Shown: piece after piece, positions 49,689 through 60,679 of the stretch
Layout of the letters: every line of letters starts with the position of its first letter
Numbering within the stretch: position 1 is the stretch's first letter
Source of the DNA: an uncultured Gammaproteobacteria bacterium
Lineage (GTDB): Bacteria; Patescibacteriota; Microgenomatia; Levybacterales; UBA12049
NCBI GenBank assembly: GCA_965230895.1
Contig: OZ246394.1
Location: forward strand, 1,185,887 to 1,249,886
Direction: 5' to 3'
Length of the DNA: 64,000 nt
Program-made: the position numbers and the translations under genes
The notes under the pieces: model-generated
The model's database searches: none
What the model saw: the letters and a program-made list of their open reading frames with translations, nothing else
What the model was told of the DNA's origin: nothing

Positions 49689-51017
49689 TTAGCTTATAAA
49701 TTTGAAGCCACGGCCTTTAATTGTATGGAGATGTGTCGGATGATTTGCATCTTCCTCAATTTTTCGCCGTACACGAAAAATAAGCTGATCCACGGCCTGA
49801 TCCGTGATACCTGCTGTTGACTTCATGCTCGACCATACTACGTTAATAAGTTCTTCCCGGTCCACAACTCGATCCTCATTCTGTAGCAAGTAGGTCAGCA
49901 AACGAAACTCAGATGAGGTGAGCTGGTCAGAAAGAATTGTCGAACCCTTCTTAATAGTATTAGTATTTTGATCATAAATAATTTTCTTTGATGTACTATT
50001 TTCCGTACCAGAATCTGAAGCCACAAACGCCGAAAGGAGCGGGATCTGCACAATATTATCTTTTAATAACCCTATGTTTTGGAGATATGTACGGACTTCT
50101 TCCTCTTCAAAACTATTCTCTTGGATATCAGCTTGTTCTGCAGGAGAAAGTGACAACCATATCTCACGTAAAGCACTCTTTATAGTTTTCTGCGCTAATA
50201 GATACTTTTGGAGATCGTCAGGGATCTCGCCATAACCAAGTAACGACTCTACTGCAATTTTGGTCAATTTACCATGTCCACCAGTCAGCTTCAACACGGC
50301 ATCGAGAACAGATTTTTCAAGTTTTTTGCTGGAAACTTTCTCTACAAATGATAGGCGATGTTTCGAAAAGACTTCATCATATAAAGAGACATAGACAATC
50401 TTCCCTGCAACAAATTCATAATAATCTGCAAGAAGTGATGGCTCCAAAAGATCTTCCAAAGGCCGATTTACAGAAAATACAATTGAGAAATGATATTTTG
50501 CTCGATTCCTAAGAATTCTCAAGTTACTAAAGAATTCCACAGGTACAGTACGGATATATTCCTCAAAGCGACTAAAGAGGAAGACCGTGGTTAGCTTGCG
50601 TTCCAATGCAAGGTAATCGATTGCTTCTTTGAATCCTTGGAAAAGAACCAGTTCATCATTGAATTGTAAATGCTCACGGAACTTATCTCCAACAACCTGG
50701 TTCTCTGCCTTCAAGCCACGTTCGCGTAACGACTCAGTTAAATTGAGGAAGAGAAATTTCATAACATCAAAGAGTGGTCGTGTTTTAATCTCAGAAAAGT
50801 CTACGATGACGAAATGCGTATTCTTTTGAGCATCCTTCAGGTATTTTTGTCTGATCTTACTATTATTTGCCAACAGCCCGAGGATTGTTGAACGACTGAC
50901 ACCCGGCATTCCGACAACCTGGCAAGAATTACCTTCCTTAATATATTGGATAATTTTTGAGATTTCCTCTTCACGTGTTGTGTCTGGAAATTGTGCTTCA
51001 AAATATTCTTCTACCAT
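49689..51017 (-). CDS. AAA/STAND-like domain fused to OmpR-type winged-helix DNA-binding domain
   Basis: GMPGVSRST P-loop-like, LTGGH; C-terminal LTSSEFRLL...RVRRKIE...TIKGRGFKF. Confidence 0.85.
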   Translation of the reverse strand: MVEEYFEAQFPDTTREEEISKIIQYIKEGNSCQVVGMPGVSRSTILGLLANNSKIRQKYLKDAQKNTHFVIVDFSEIKTRPLFDVMKFLFLNLTESLRERGLKAENQVVGDKFREHLQFNDELVLFQGFKEAIDYLALERKLTTVFLFSRFEEYIRTVPVEFFSNLRILRNRAKYHFSIVFSVNRPLEDLLEPSLLADYYEFVAGKIVYVSLYDEVFSKHRLSFVEKVSSKKLEKSVLDAVLKLTGGHGKLTKIAVESLLGYGEIPDDLQKYLLAQKTIKSALREIWLSLSPAEQADIQENSFEEEEVRTYLQNIGLLKDNIVQIPLLSAFVASDSGTENSTSKKIIYDQNTNTIKKGSTILSDQLTSSEFRLLTYLLQNEDRVVDREELINVVWSSMKSTAGITDQAVDQLIFRVRRKIEEDANHPTHLHTIKGRGFKFIS

Positions 51018-51101
51018 ACTATGATTCTAATTTGTTTCAAGCCAATCTTCAAGTAAATTTCTATGCTTGCATAGCATGCAGTTCTTTAGTATCGTAGATT
51101 T

Positions 51102-51428
51102 ATGGACTACTTAGCACTTACCTTACCAGGGAATAGATCAATTGAACCACCTGCAGGAGCAAATTTGCCCACAGGAGGATTAGACACATTATCCAATGCT
51201 ATTAGCGTCGGAATTTCATGGATGATTATTATTGCAATCATCCTTTCCTTATTTTTTCTTGTAACAGGAGGTATTGCTTGGTCTTCATCTGGTGGAGATA
51301 AGGGCAAAATTGCAGCTGCAAGAGCAAGACTTACGTATGCTCTTGTTGGTTTACTCGTAGCAATTTCAGCGTTCTTCATAATTAATGTATTCGGAACCTT
51401 TTTGGGCGTTAAATTCTTTGGGAATTGA
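51102..51428 (+). CDS. VirB2/TrbC-like pilin
   Basis: GGIAWSSSGGDKGKIAAARARLTYALVGL. Confidence 0.85.
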   Translation: MDYLALTLPGNRSIEPPAGANLPTGGLDTLSNAISVGISWMIIIAIILSLFFLVTGGIAWSSSGGDKGKIAAARARLTYALVGLLVAISAFFIINVFGTFLGVKFFGN

Positions 51429-51467
51429 GATAATCTGATCTATTGACAAAGATTAAATTATTGTTCT

Positions 51468-51896
51468 ATGATGAATAAAGATAATATGAAAAAAGTTCTA
51501 ACAGCGATAGTTTCAGGAAGTGCAGCATACCTTGCAACAGCAGGATACGCATTAGCAGGAACAAGTGTTGATCCATGTGATGGTATCCAAAGTGGATTTG
51601 ATACGCTTTGCGGTCTTAGTGGAGATAATCTTGGAGCAATTATTGGTGCTGCTGTTACCTTCATCTTGATTGTTGCAGTTCTTATCGCTCTCTTCTTCCT
51701 TATCTTTGGAGGTATCCGATGGATCACATCAGGTGGAGATAAAGCAAAAGTAGAAAGTGCACGAGGCACTATTATCGCAGCAATCATTGGTTTAGTTATC
51801 GCTTTCTTAGCATTCTTCATCCTCTCACTCGCTTTGAGTTTCTTCGGCTTGAGTCTCTCAAACCTTCAACTCCCTACACTCGAAGGAATCAACTAA
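51468..51896 (+). CDS. VirB2/TrbC-like pilin
   Basis: GGIRWITSGGDKAKVESARGTIIAAIIGL. Confidence 0.88.
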   Translation: MMNKDNMKKVLTAIVSGSAAYLATAGYALAGTSVDPCDGIQSGFDTLCGLSGDNLGAIIGAAVTFILIVAVLIALFFLIFGGIRWITSGGDKAKVESARGTIIAAIIGLVIAFLAFFILSLALSFFGLSLSNLQLPTLEGIN

Positions 51897-51973
51897 GATT
51901 CTCTTTACATTTACTCTAATTGATATTGTTATACCTCTTGCATTCTATTAAATATCTTTGCTAGGCTAATTAT

Positions 51974-52372
51974 ATGTTAAAGAAATTACTTGTATCAGCT
52001 CTAGCTGTAGTAACTTTATTTTTCGCTACGGCACCAGTCGCGCCTGTACATGCACAATTTCGGGATTGGGATCAAGGTTGTTTGAAAGATGGTGTAGCAT
52101 CACTTCGATGTATTCCATTTGTGTTTGGAAATATTGTAACAGCTCTTCTTATCTTTGTAGGGACAGTAGCTGTTATCTTGCTCGTTTATGCGGGCATTCG
52201 ATTTATCACATCAGGTGGAGACCCAAAGAAAGTTGCAGGGGCACGACAAATAATTACGTACGCCATAATTGGATTAGTACTTGTATTATCATCGTTCCTA
52301 ATAATTACACTCATCAGTTACACAACTGGCGTCGAATGTATCAGGACGTTTGGATTTGCTAACTGCAAATAG
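51974..52372 (+). CDS. VirB2/TrbC-like pilin
   Basis: AGIRFITSGGDPKKVAGARQIITYAIIGL. Confidence 0.88.
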   Translation: MLKKLLVSALAVVTLFFATAPVAPVHAQFRDWDQGCLKDGVASLRCIPFVFGNIVTALLIFVGTVAVILLVYAGIRFITSGGDPKKVAGARQIITYAIIGLVLVLSSFLIITLISYTTGVECIRTFGFANCK

Positions 52373-52601
52373 TTCCAAACTTTTCACACTTGAGGCTAAA
52401 CCACTACTCCTTTTGACATACTTTGTTGGGGTTGCAATCAAATTTTTCACGTTATACACTTTTAGCAACAGAAGACATCATTTCGAGTCTTTAATCGGGT
52501 ATTAGAGCATGCTATCCGAGACAGCAAAAGAAACTCAGTATTATCCATCATTTGCTTTGTTTATTTCGTTCACAGTGTGCTTAGAATTTATCTAACTATT
52601 T

Positions 52602-54002
52602 ATGGACCAACATCCTATACCACAAGACGTTACCGGATTTCAGTTTAAATTGATCGGCACAATGACTGTTAAGCAGTTCGGTTATGTTGCGGTGGGAGCA
52701 GTAATGGCAGTTGTCCTCTATTACCTACCTCTATCAGGTTTTTTTGCTGTTCTTTTTAAAGTATTTATGATCCCTATACTTGGAGCAAGTGGCGTTATTG
52801 TTGCTTTTGTACCAATAGACGGTCGACCGATAGATACTATGGCTACAAATTTTGTAAAAGCACTCTTTTCTCCAAATCAGTATATATATAAAAGACAAGG
52901 GAGAAAGATGAGCTTTTCAACAGTAACAGTAGTCAAGCCTGTGGCTGCAACGACGACAGCACAAACTGCAGCAACCCCAGTAAAGTCAGTGGGTTCAGCA
53001 AAAGATCTTGATGCTAAAGAAGAAAAATTAAGAGCATTCCTTATGAGTTCTCAAGGACGAGTTAAAAACGATCTTGATAAAAAGGAGGCATCGTTCCTTA
53101 AGACATTCGGACCCCCAGCTATTGCTGTACCAAATAAAGCACAGATTGGAGCAGCTCCTACACCAGCTATTCCAGTGAGACCTGCTGCACCAACATTACA
53201 GAAAGCTCAGGTGGCAAAACCGACAATAATACAACCACTGTCACAAATACAGAAAACTGCACCTTTGACACCAAAACCAGCAATTACGCCAGCTCAACCT
53301 GTTCAAAAACCAGTAATGGCTGCTCCTGCTCCACAAAAGGAAACACCAGAGACATTGGCACAGAAAGAACAAGTACTGACACAAGAACTTGCGCAAGCAA
53401 AGCAGGAAGAAGCTACACAAGTACAACCTGCTGCACATGATGCGGCTCATGCAAAGGTAGAAATACTTGCAAAGCAAATTGAAGATATCCATTCTCAAAA
53501 GCAGAAGCTTGAGACTGAACTTATGGCCTTGAGACAGCAGCTCACAGAACAAAAGAGTCAGCCAACACCAGTTCAACAGCCTGCGACTGTACCAGCTCCA
53601 GCTGCAAAACCAGCAATCCCAATCCAGGACCCGCATCTAGTCAAAGTTGTAGCCGCAGATGGAGCAGTAAAGAAGCATGATGTTCCACGAGTATCAGACA
53701 CACCAAATGTTGTTGTTGGTATTGTAAAAGATCCTCGAGGTAACATATTGTCAAATATACTTGTTGAGGTAAAAGATAGCGAAGGAAACCCGGTAAGAGC
53801 ATTTAAGACAAATCCTCTTGGACAGTTTGCTTCTGCAACACCTCTTAGTCCAGGAGTGTATACATTGGAGCTTGAAGATCCAAAGAAGCAACACAGTTTT
53901 GATGTTATTCAGATAACTGCGAATAATGAGATTATGCGTCCGATTGAAGTTATTTCTCATGATGCTCGAGAAGCATTGCGACAACAACTGTTCGCATCTT
54001 AA
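52602..54002 (+). CDS. PrgI/VirB3-like protein with C-terminal carboxypeptidase-regulatory-like domain
   Basis: HPIPQDV..FQFKLIGTMTVKQF, 2 TM, GRP; GIVKDPRG...KTNPLGQF. Confidence 0.85.
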   Translation: MDQHPIPQDVTGFQFKLIGTMTVKQFGYVAVGAVMAVVLYYLPLSGFFAVLFKVFMIPILGASGVIVAFVPIDGRPIDTMATNFVKALFSPNQYIYKRQGRKMSFSTVTVVKPVAATTTAQTAATPVKSVGSAKDLDAKEEKLRAFLMSSQGRVKNDLDKKEASFLKTFGPPAIAVPNKAQIGAAPTPAIPVRPAAPTLQKAQVAKPTIIQPLSQIQKTAPLTPKPAITPAQPVQKPVMAAPAPQKETPETLAQKEQVLTQELAQAKQEEATQVQPAAHDAAHAKVEILAKQIEDIHSQKQKLETELMALRQQLTEQKSQPTPVQQPATVPAPAAKPAIPIQDPHLVKVVAADGAVKKHDVPRVSDTPNVVVGIVKDPRGNILSNILVEVKDSEGNPVRAFKTNPLGQFASATPLSPGVYTLELEDPKKQHSFDVIQITANNEIMRPIEVISHDAREALRQQLFAS

Positions 54003-54010
54003 TAAATACT

Positions 54011-54676
54011 ATGGCTGCCCAAAAAATACACGCAACAACACAAAAATTCACCGAGATCGTAGATTTTGGTGAAGACATTGTAATTCTCGAGGGAGGAAAT
54101 GCATGCATGATCATAGAGATCACTGCAAGTAACTTCGCGTTGCTTTCAAAAAGAGAACAAGATTCGAGAATCTTCTCATATGCAGGACTTTTAAATTCTC
54201 TTTCCTTCCCTATTCAAATTTTAATTCGTAACCGCCGTATGGACATCTCACAATACATTAACGAGCTTAATGAGGTGATTAAGAACACGAAGAATCCACA
54301 ATTGAAAGCATATGTCGAATATTACAGTGGCTTTGTTCAAGAAATGGTCACTGTTAATGTCGTTTTGAATAAGCAATTTTATATCGTAATCCCCTTCTCC
54401 TCGCTTGAAATGGGTGTAACTGGTGCGACACAAGCAACGCAAAAAGGACAAGCTCAAGTTGATGCTTTTACAACAGCTGCAAGAAAGGCATTACAAACAA
54501 AAGCAAACTCCCTCCTTGGGCAACTTCAGAAATTCGCAACTTCGGCAAGAGTACTGGAAAAAGAAGATTTGATAAAACTCTTTTACGAAATTTACAATGA
54601 GTCTACTGAAGTTGCCATGGATCAGATGGAAGAAGGGGCAGAAGCTTCAATCGTGAAAGGAGGAACACCACAATAA
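54011..54676 (+). CDS. T4SS accessory protein resembling VirB4 N-terminal region
   Basis: NFALLSKREQ...LNSLSFPIQI, FYIVIP; lies between PrgI and VirB4. Confidence 0.7.
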   Translation: MAAQKIHATTQKFTEIVDFGEDIVILEGGNACMIIEITASNFALLSKREQDSRIFSYAGLLNSLSFPIQILIRNRRMDISQYINELNEVIKNTKNPQLKAYVEYYSGFVQEMVTVNVVLNKQFYIVIPFSSLEMGVTGATQATQKGQAQVDAFTTAARKALQTKANSLLGQLQKFATSARVLEKEDLIKLFYEIYNESTEVAMDQMEEGAEASIVKGGTPQ

Positions 54677-56718
54677 TGAATTTGCCATTTGGAAAAAAAG
54701 CTAACCCAGCAGCTCCTACAGCTGCACCTGTTGCAGGACAAAAACCTGCAGTAGCGGCCGCAAAGCCAGGTGCTGCTCCAGCAAAAGGGAAAGCTCCTGC
54801 TGCGCCAGTTTCAAAAGGCATAGACACATTTGAAAAAGGTCTTACGTCTGTCGTGGACCTTATTGCCCCATCATCAGTAGAAGTTGATTTCCGGTATATT
54901 CGAGTTGGAGACAACTTCTATACTACGCTTTTTATTGCAGGATACCCACGTTATGTATCACCTGGTTGGCTTGAAGGCATTATCGATTACGATCATACAA
55001 TGGATATTGCGATGTTTTGCTATCCAACCTCCTCTTCTGATGTCCTCGCAGATTTGAAAAGAAAAATTGGAGAAATGCAGGCAACACTTGCGTCAGATGC
55101 TGAACAAGGAAAAGTTGCAGATCCGACAGTTGAAGCTGCTCTTGAAGATGCTTTGGGCCTCCAGGAAGAACTTGCAAAGGGCGTTGAAAGATTCTTCCAA
55201 TTTGGTTTTTATATTACCGTCTCAGATGGCGATATCACAAGGCTTCAGGAAACAATTAAAAATCTTCAAACAGCACTCAACGGGCTTTTGCTTACAGGAA
55301 AAATTGCAACGCTGCAAATGGAAGAAGGATTTAAATCATCACTTCCGATTGGACAAGACAGACTCTATATTACTCGTAATATGGATACCTCATCTTTGGC
55401 TTCGACCTTTCCATTTACCTCTGCTGTTTTGACGCAAAACAGAGGTGTTATGTACGGTGTGAACCAACAAAATGGATCGCTCATCATTTTTGATCGGTTC
55501 TCTTTGGAAAATGCAAACGAAGTTGTACTCGGAAAATCCGGTGCAGGAAAATCTTTTACGATTAAGCTTGAGATCATGCGGCAATTCATGCTTGGAGCCG
55601 AAGTTATTGTTATTGATCCTGAAGGAGAATATGAGACAATGACCCCTGCTCTTGGCGGTGAAGTTGTAGAGTTCTCATCAGGTTCGGCGATAAAAATTAA
55701 TCCGTTTGACCTCTCAGATATTTATGAAGAGGGAGAAAATGAACTTGGATTGAAGATTCTCTCACTACATGGTCTACTCAAAATTATTACAGGTGATCTT
55801 GATGCAGAACATGATGCGATTCTTGATCGTGCGCTTATTGAAACATATAAATCTAAAGGTATTACTACAGATCCTGCAACACAAAAGAAACAACCACCGT
55901 TAATGGAAGATTTATACAAAATCCTTCTTGGTATGGAAAATGAGCCAGCACGTGAGTTGGCATATACCCTTGAGAAGTTTATTAAAGGTAGTGCTTCTGG
56001 CATCTTCAATCAACAATCAAACTTTGAGATTAACAATCCGCTTACAGTTTTCTCTATTCGAAATCTCGAGGAAGCACTCCGTCCAGTGGCAATGCATATC
56101 ATTCTTGATTTCGTTTGGACCAAAGTTAAACGATCATTGAAAAAGCGTATTTTGATCCTTGATGAAGGTTGGTACATGATGAAGTATCAAGACTCAGCCT
56201 CATTCGTTTATTCAATTGCCAAACGTGCTCGTAAATACTTCCTTGGGATGACAACTGCCACACAGGATGTTGAAGACTTTTTGAAAAACGAATACGGAAA
56301 AGCTGTCCTTACCAACTCGTCTATTCAGGTGCTTCTCAAACAAGGTACAGCAGAAGTTGATATGATTACCGACACTTTCTACCTTTCAGAGGGAGAGAAA
56401 GCCTTACTGCTTTCTGCGGACGTAGGAGAAGGCCTTTTCTTTGCTGGACAGAATCACGTAGCAATGAAGGTTTTTGCGGCTCCTTTTGAACATGAACTCA
56501 TCACATCCAACCCAATGGAACTCCTTAAAAGACAGCAGGAGAAAGAGCGCGCAAATCTAGCAGAAGGTATTAAACCGGAAGCAGAGCCCGGCCAGACATC
56601 AGTAGAGAATCCTTCAGTAGCTCCTGCCACCGAACCTGGAATACCTTCGGTAGAAAATCCTGATATCCCCTCAACTCCGCCGCCAGGAACACCTCCAGGT
56701 GGGAATCCAAATGCTTAA
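54676..56718 (+). CDS. VirB4-like ATPase
   Basis: GKSGAGKS, IDPEGEY, INPFD, LDEGW, RARKY, TQ motifs. Confidence 0.92.
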   Translation: MNLPFGKKANPAAPTAAPVAGQKPAVAAAKPGAAPAKGKAPAAPVSKGIDTFEKGLTSVVDLIAPSSVEVDFRYIRVGDNFYTTLFIAGYPRYVSPGWLEGIIDYDHTMDIAMFCYPTSSSDVLADLKRKIGEMQATLASDAEQGKVADPTVEAALEDALGLQEELAKGVERFFQFGFYITVSDGDITRLQETIKNLQTALNGLLLTGKIATLQMEEGFKSSLPIGQDRLYITRNMDTSSLASTFPFTSAVLTQNRGVMYGVNQQNGSLIIFDRFSLENANEVVLGKSGAGKSFTIKLEIMRQFMLGAEVIVIDPEGEYETMTPALGGEVVEFSSGSAIKINPFDLSDIYEEGENELGLKILSLHGLLKIITGDLDAEHDAILDRALIETYKSKGITTDPATQKKQPPLMEDLYKILLGMENEPARELAYTLEKFIKGSASGIFNQQSNFEINNPLTVFSIRNLEEALRPVAMHIILDFVWTKVKRSLKKRILILDEGWYMMKYQDSASFVYSIAKRARKYFLGMTTATQDVEDFLKNEYGKAVLTNSSIQVLLKQGTAEVDMITDTFYLSEGEKALLLSADVGEGLFFAGQNHVAMKVFAAPFEHELITSNPMELLKRQQEKERANLAEGIKPEAEPGQTSVENPSVAPATEPGIPSVENPDIPSTPPPGTPPGGNPNA

Positions 56719-56764
56719 TACGCATTCGCTTATCTCATCTTCTGGTTTCTGATACTATTAATAT

Positions 56765-59533
56765 ATGGCCACTGATACCAAACCTAAAGACGAAGTAGAA
56801 AATGGACTAGTTGATCCTAAAAAAAAAGAACAACAAGAACAAGATCACGAATTTGAACTCCATCAAATAGCCCAAACCGCAAGTGGCAGAATACGTCGTT
56901 ATGGATTACGATTAAAGGCAGGACCAAAGCTCCATCAGGAAGTTAATGAATTAGCCGAAACTATTGAAAAAAGCATCACTTCACTCGCAAAGAAGGCACG
57001 ATCCGAAGACGCGCTACTTATTCAGGTTGAGGAAGAAATTCATAAAGTTGAGAAATATATTGATTCTGAAGCAAAGGCAGAGCACAAAAAAGAGAAAGAC
57101 GAAGAAGAGCGAGAAAAAAAAGAGAAGGAGGAAAAAGAACATCATGGAGGGCACGAGGAACATGAAGAGCATGATACAAGCCGCCACGAACAAGAAAAAC
57201 CTGCCAGCGCAAATAAAACGGTTGAGGAAAAAAGTCGAGATAAAGTAGAAGAACTAAAGGCTGAAATTGCAGCCGGAATAGCTGGAACTGCCGCGAGCAC
57301 AACCGTAGGATCTTCCCAAGCTTTTACTGATGAGCGCGCCAAACAACTCAAGGCAGAACAGGAAGCATATTTATCAGAAGCTGAAAAAGCAAGAATCGCA
57401 GCACTCCCCCCTGAAGAAAGAGCAAAAGTACGCTTAGAACAGATTAGAAATGGGACATACAAGAAACCTGAGATATCTGTGAAGCCTTCTGAAGGAGCTA
57501 AACCGAGAACAGATGCCGAAGCAGTTGAAGGATTTCATAAACAGCAACGCCCAGATGCAGCAAAAAAACGCCTCGAGCAATTGAGAGAAGAAGTACGATC
57601 ACAGAGAACTACCACCGGTGCACAAAAAAGCGTGAGAAAAATGGGGAGAAGCGCGCCTGCGCAAAGAAAACAATTAAGGACACAGACTCCTGGTTCAGTG
57701 ATACCAACTCGCCCCATGCCTCCACGACGAGTGCAAACAAGGATTTCTGCTGGGACAAGCCGACGAGGACCTGGGGGAAAAATAACTACAACATCAACTA
57801 CTGAGAGTATATTCTCTCATGACGACGGGAGAACATACGAAGACATTACCGAATTTAGAATGCGAAGGCCGATGCCTTCAACCATGACGACAGAGGCAGA
57901 AACACGTGGTGGATCATACGGACATGGTTCAGGTGGCTCACAAGGTGGCGGATCTGAGCATGGAGGTGACAGTGGCGGTGGCAGCGGAGGATCAGGTGGA
58001 GGAAACAACAGAGGTGGTTTAGGTCGAGCAAATCCTTTAAGAAATATTATGCGTGGAGGATTAGGTGGAGGACCAAAAGGATTAGCAAGCAAAGGACTTC
58101 AGGGATTAGCGAAAAACGGAACAAAGGTTGCTGCACAAGCCGCTCTGCGTAATCCTTATGTACTTGCTGCACTTGCAGTATTACTTATAGTTATTTTCCT
58201 TATATTATTTATCCTTGTACTTCTTGGTGATGCTGAAGAACAAAATCAGAAGAACGCATGCCAGGCTCCAGCCGAAACACTAAAAGCAACGATAACAGGA
58301 CCTGCAGCTGCAAATGCAGGCCAAGAACTAACATATGCAGTAAATATTACTGACACGGTTGCTGCACAAGATATTACAGTTGTAGCAACTATACCTCAAG
58401 GACAAACGTTCGTAAGATCAGATTGGGCAAAAAGCGTCGTCACAGGAAATACTGTAACCTGGAAGGCTGTGGAGAATCTCCCGCCAAACAGTTTAAGCCC
58501 CCCAAACTTTACTTTTAATATTACAGTTAGTCCAGGTGCAGCAAATACAAATTCTGTAATCATGGTTGATGCAACCCCTGTGAGAGCAGCCGCTATTGCT
58601 CCAGGCGGTGGTGGAGATCAACAGGCAGGAAGACAGAAAAGCACTGAAGAATTAAAGTCAATTTATGGTGCAGATCAGGCTGCGGTTGAAGCCAATCTTG
58701 TCACAATCAACTTTCAAGGAAAACAAGTTCAGGTACACAAACTTGTTCAAGGCGTATTTGAAAAAGTGAATAATGAAATAACAGCTGCAAATACCGGATA
58801 TGAATTTAGACAGGTTGGTACGTATGCATGGCGTACAAAGAATATTCCAGGTCAAAATTCTACAGAACTTTCAACACATAGTTTTGGGATAACCATGGAT
58901 ATTAATCCTGATACCAATCCTTACACTACGGCCAATACTCATGATATTCCGCAGCCAATCGTAGACATTTTCAAAAGAAACGGATTTATCTGGGGTGGTG
59001 ATTGGACGCCACAGCATGACTGGATGCATTTTGAATATGCTGGAGCACCAGGAGCAGTGCCAGGATCTGGAAATACTGGTGGCGGATGTAACCCAGGAGC
59101 TGGGGCACCAGTAAATGCAAATTATGTCCCTCCAAGTGCAGATACTTGTGGAGGTAAATATAAATTAACCAGTCCTCTTAAGATGAATTTTGGAGATCCA
59201 CAGTGTAATTTTAATAAAGACGCTTTATATTCACAATTAAAGACTGAGGATCCTGCAAATGCTGATGTTTGGTTTAACAAAGTCGTGCCTTGTGAAAGTG
59301 GATATAATCCAAATGCATATGCTGGTCCAAGTACGGGTACCCCCGACGCTGCAGGAGCATGGGGTCTATATCAAATGGGTAGTGCAAACCCGCCAGGTTC
59401 CCCACCTCCTGCACCTGGTAAAAATGGAATTAATGATCGTGGAGATGTACCGTGGACAATACAAACAACTAATGCGACTACATATGGTAAAAAAATTGCG
59501 AGACTTGGAGCATATTGGGCATGTGCTAGATAA
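56765..59533 (+). CDS. Membrane-anchored bifunctional peptidoglycan hydrolase (M15 peptidase + lysozyme/SLT-like)
   Basis: STHSFGITMDINP, WGGDW...DWMHFE (M15); CESGYNPNA...GLYQM (SLT-like); long charged/Gly-rich N-terminus, one TM, Ig-like domain. Confidence 0.85.
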   Translation: MATDTKPKDEVENGLVDPKKKEQQEQDHEFELHQIAQTASGRIRRYGLRLKAGPKLHQEVNELAETIEKSITSLAKKARSEDALLIQVEEEIHKVEKYIDSEAKAEHKKEKDEEEREKKEKEEKEHHGGHEEHEEHDTSRHEQEKPASANKTVEEKSRDKVEELKAEIAAGIAGTAASTTVGSSQAFTDERAKQLKAEQEAYLSEAEKARIAALPPEERAKVRLEQIRNGTYKKPEISVKPSEGAKPRTDAEAVEGFHKQQRPDAAKKRLEQLREEVRSQRTTTGAQKSVRKMGRSAPAQRKQLRTQTPGSVIPTRPMPPRRVQTRISAGTSRRGPGGKITTTSTTESIFSHDDGRTYEDITEFRMRRPMPSTMTTEAETRGGSYGHGSGGSQGGGSEHGGDSGGGSGGSGGGNNRGGLGRANPLRNIMRGGLGGGPKGLASKGLQGLAKNGTKVAAQAALRNPYVLAALAVLLIVIFLILFILVLLGDAEEQNQKNACQAPAETLKATITGPAAANAGQELTYAVNITDTVAAQDITVVATIPQGQTFVRSDWAKSVVTGNTVTWKAVENLPPNSLSPPNFTFNITVSPGAANTNSVIMVDATPVRAAAIAPGGGGDQQAGRQKSTEELKSIYGADQAAVEANLVTINFQGKQVQVHKLVQGVFEKVNNEITAANTGYEFRQVGTYAWRTKNIPGQNSTELSTHSFGITMDINPDTNPYTTANTHDIPQPIVDIFKRNGFIWGGDWTPQHDWMHFEYAGAPGAVPGSGNTGGGCNPGAGAPVNANYVPPSADTCGGKYKLTSPLKMNFGDPQCNFNKDALYSQLKTEDPANADVWFNKVVPCESGYNPNAYAGPSTGTPDAAGAWGLYQMGSANPPGSPPPAPGKNGINDRGDVPWTIQTTNATTYGKKIARLGAYWACAR

Positions 59534-59559
59534 ATTAAAATTAGCAGTATAATAAGACT

Positions 59560-60129
59560 ATGAAAAGAAAGAAAGAAGACTATTTTGTTATTGGATTAGG
59601 TGTCGTACTTGTTGTCGTTATTTTTATGATAGCTTTTATAGTTGCAAAGGAAAATCAACAAAAGCCAGAAGAAAATATAAGCATTGTCCCAACAGATAGC
59701 CCAACAGCAGCACCAGTACCGACAAGACAAACAGACCAGCCAAATAGCAATCCACCTGTTCTCTATGATGATAATGCGCAAAATAAACTTGTGGCATATG
59801 TAAAGGCGAGACAGCCAATCTCAGATACAGATAAGCTAGCTAAAGCAAAAATGTTGGCATTACGTCCTGAAAATCAAATGTCGGGAGTTATTCATCAAAC
59901 GCAAAATATAAGAATTGACTACACCAGATCTGCAGATCTTTTCCAGGTTGAAATACTAACAACAAATGTACAAGATGCAAAAAATGAAGCTAATATATGG
60001 CTTCGAACTCAAGGATTAAGTCAAGACGGAATTTGCAAATTACCTATTGGCTTCTACCTTAACTACGATATCGCTAACGAATTAAGAGAAACGGGATATG
60101 TATTTAATCCTTTAGCAAATGGCTGTTAA
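59560..60129 (+). CDS. Membrane-anchored protein, family A (paralog of 60131..60631)
   Basis: N-terminal TM; ADLFQVEIL...CKLPIGFYLNY...FNPLANGC. Confidence 0.8.
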   Translation: MKRKKEDYFVIGLGVVLVVVIFMIAFIVAKENQQKPEENISIVPTDSPTAAPVPTRQTDQPNSNPPVLYDDNAQNKLVAYVKARQPISDTDKLAKAKMLALRPENQMSGVIHQTQNIRIDYTRSADLFQVEILTTNVQDAKNEANIWLRTQGLSQDGICKLPIGFYLNYDIANELRETGYVFNPLANGC

Positions 60130-60130
60130 T

Positions 60131-60631
60131 ATGCAATTTATAAAAAGTAATAAAAAATTAGTTTTTTTTGTATTACTTTTACTAATAGTATTTCCTATAA
60201 GTTTATCTCTTTATCGACTTGAGCCTCAAAATAGCGAAAAGAAGACAAAGGAGACTCCTCCAATAAAGGAATCTGCTCAAGCTGTCGATCCAGAGAAAAG
60301 GCTTCTTGATTACATTCAAAATAGACGCCCTTTATCAGACTCAGATAAACAAGCTAAAAATACTATCATTCAAAGAGTTGATCAATCTGGGATTGCATTC
60401 AGATCTGACACAATATCAATCGAGTATATAAAGTCTGCAGATATGTTCCAAGTCGAAATATTATCAACGAAAACTGATGTTGCAAAAGAGGAAGCAGTAA
60501 ATTGGTTCAGGCAAAACGGTATGAGCAAAGACGGTTTATGTAATTTACCTATTAGCTTTTATCTCAATTATGAAGTCGCAAATACTAATTCGCAGGAAGA
60601 TACATTTAATCCACTCGCACCAGGTTGTTGA
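60131..60631 (+). CDS. Membrane-anchored protein, family A
   Basis: N-terminal TM; ADMFQVEIL...CNLPISFYLNY...FNPLAPGC. Confidence 0.8.
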   Translation: MQFIKSNKKLVFFVLLLLIVFPISLSLYRLEPQNSEKKTKETPPIKESAQAVDPEKRLLDYIQNRRPLSDSDKQAKNTIIQRVDQSGIAFRSDTISIEYIKSADMFQVEILSTKTDVAKEEAVNWFRQNGMSKDGLCNLPISFYLNYEVANTNSQEDTFNPLAPGC

Positions 60632-60679
60632 AAGTGTATGAACTTGCGCACTTACAAGTGAGCTTGATATGATGATTTT

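Noticed and set aside
52373-52601. 229-bp gap between pilins and prgI as ncRNA or small ORF
   Set aside because: No convincing stem structure, known motif or well-initiated ORF found by eye
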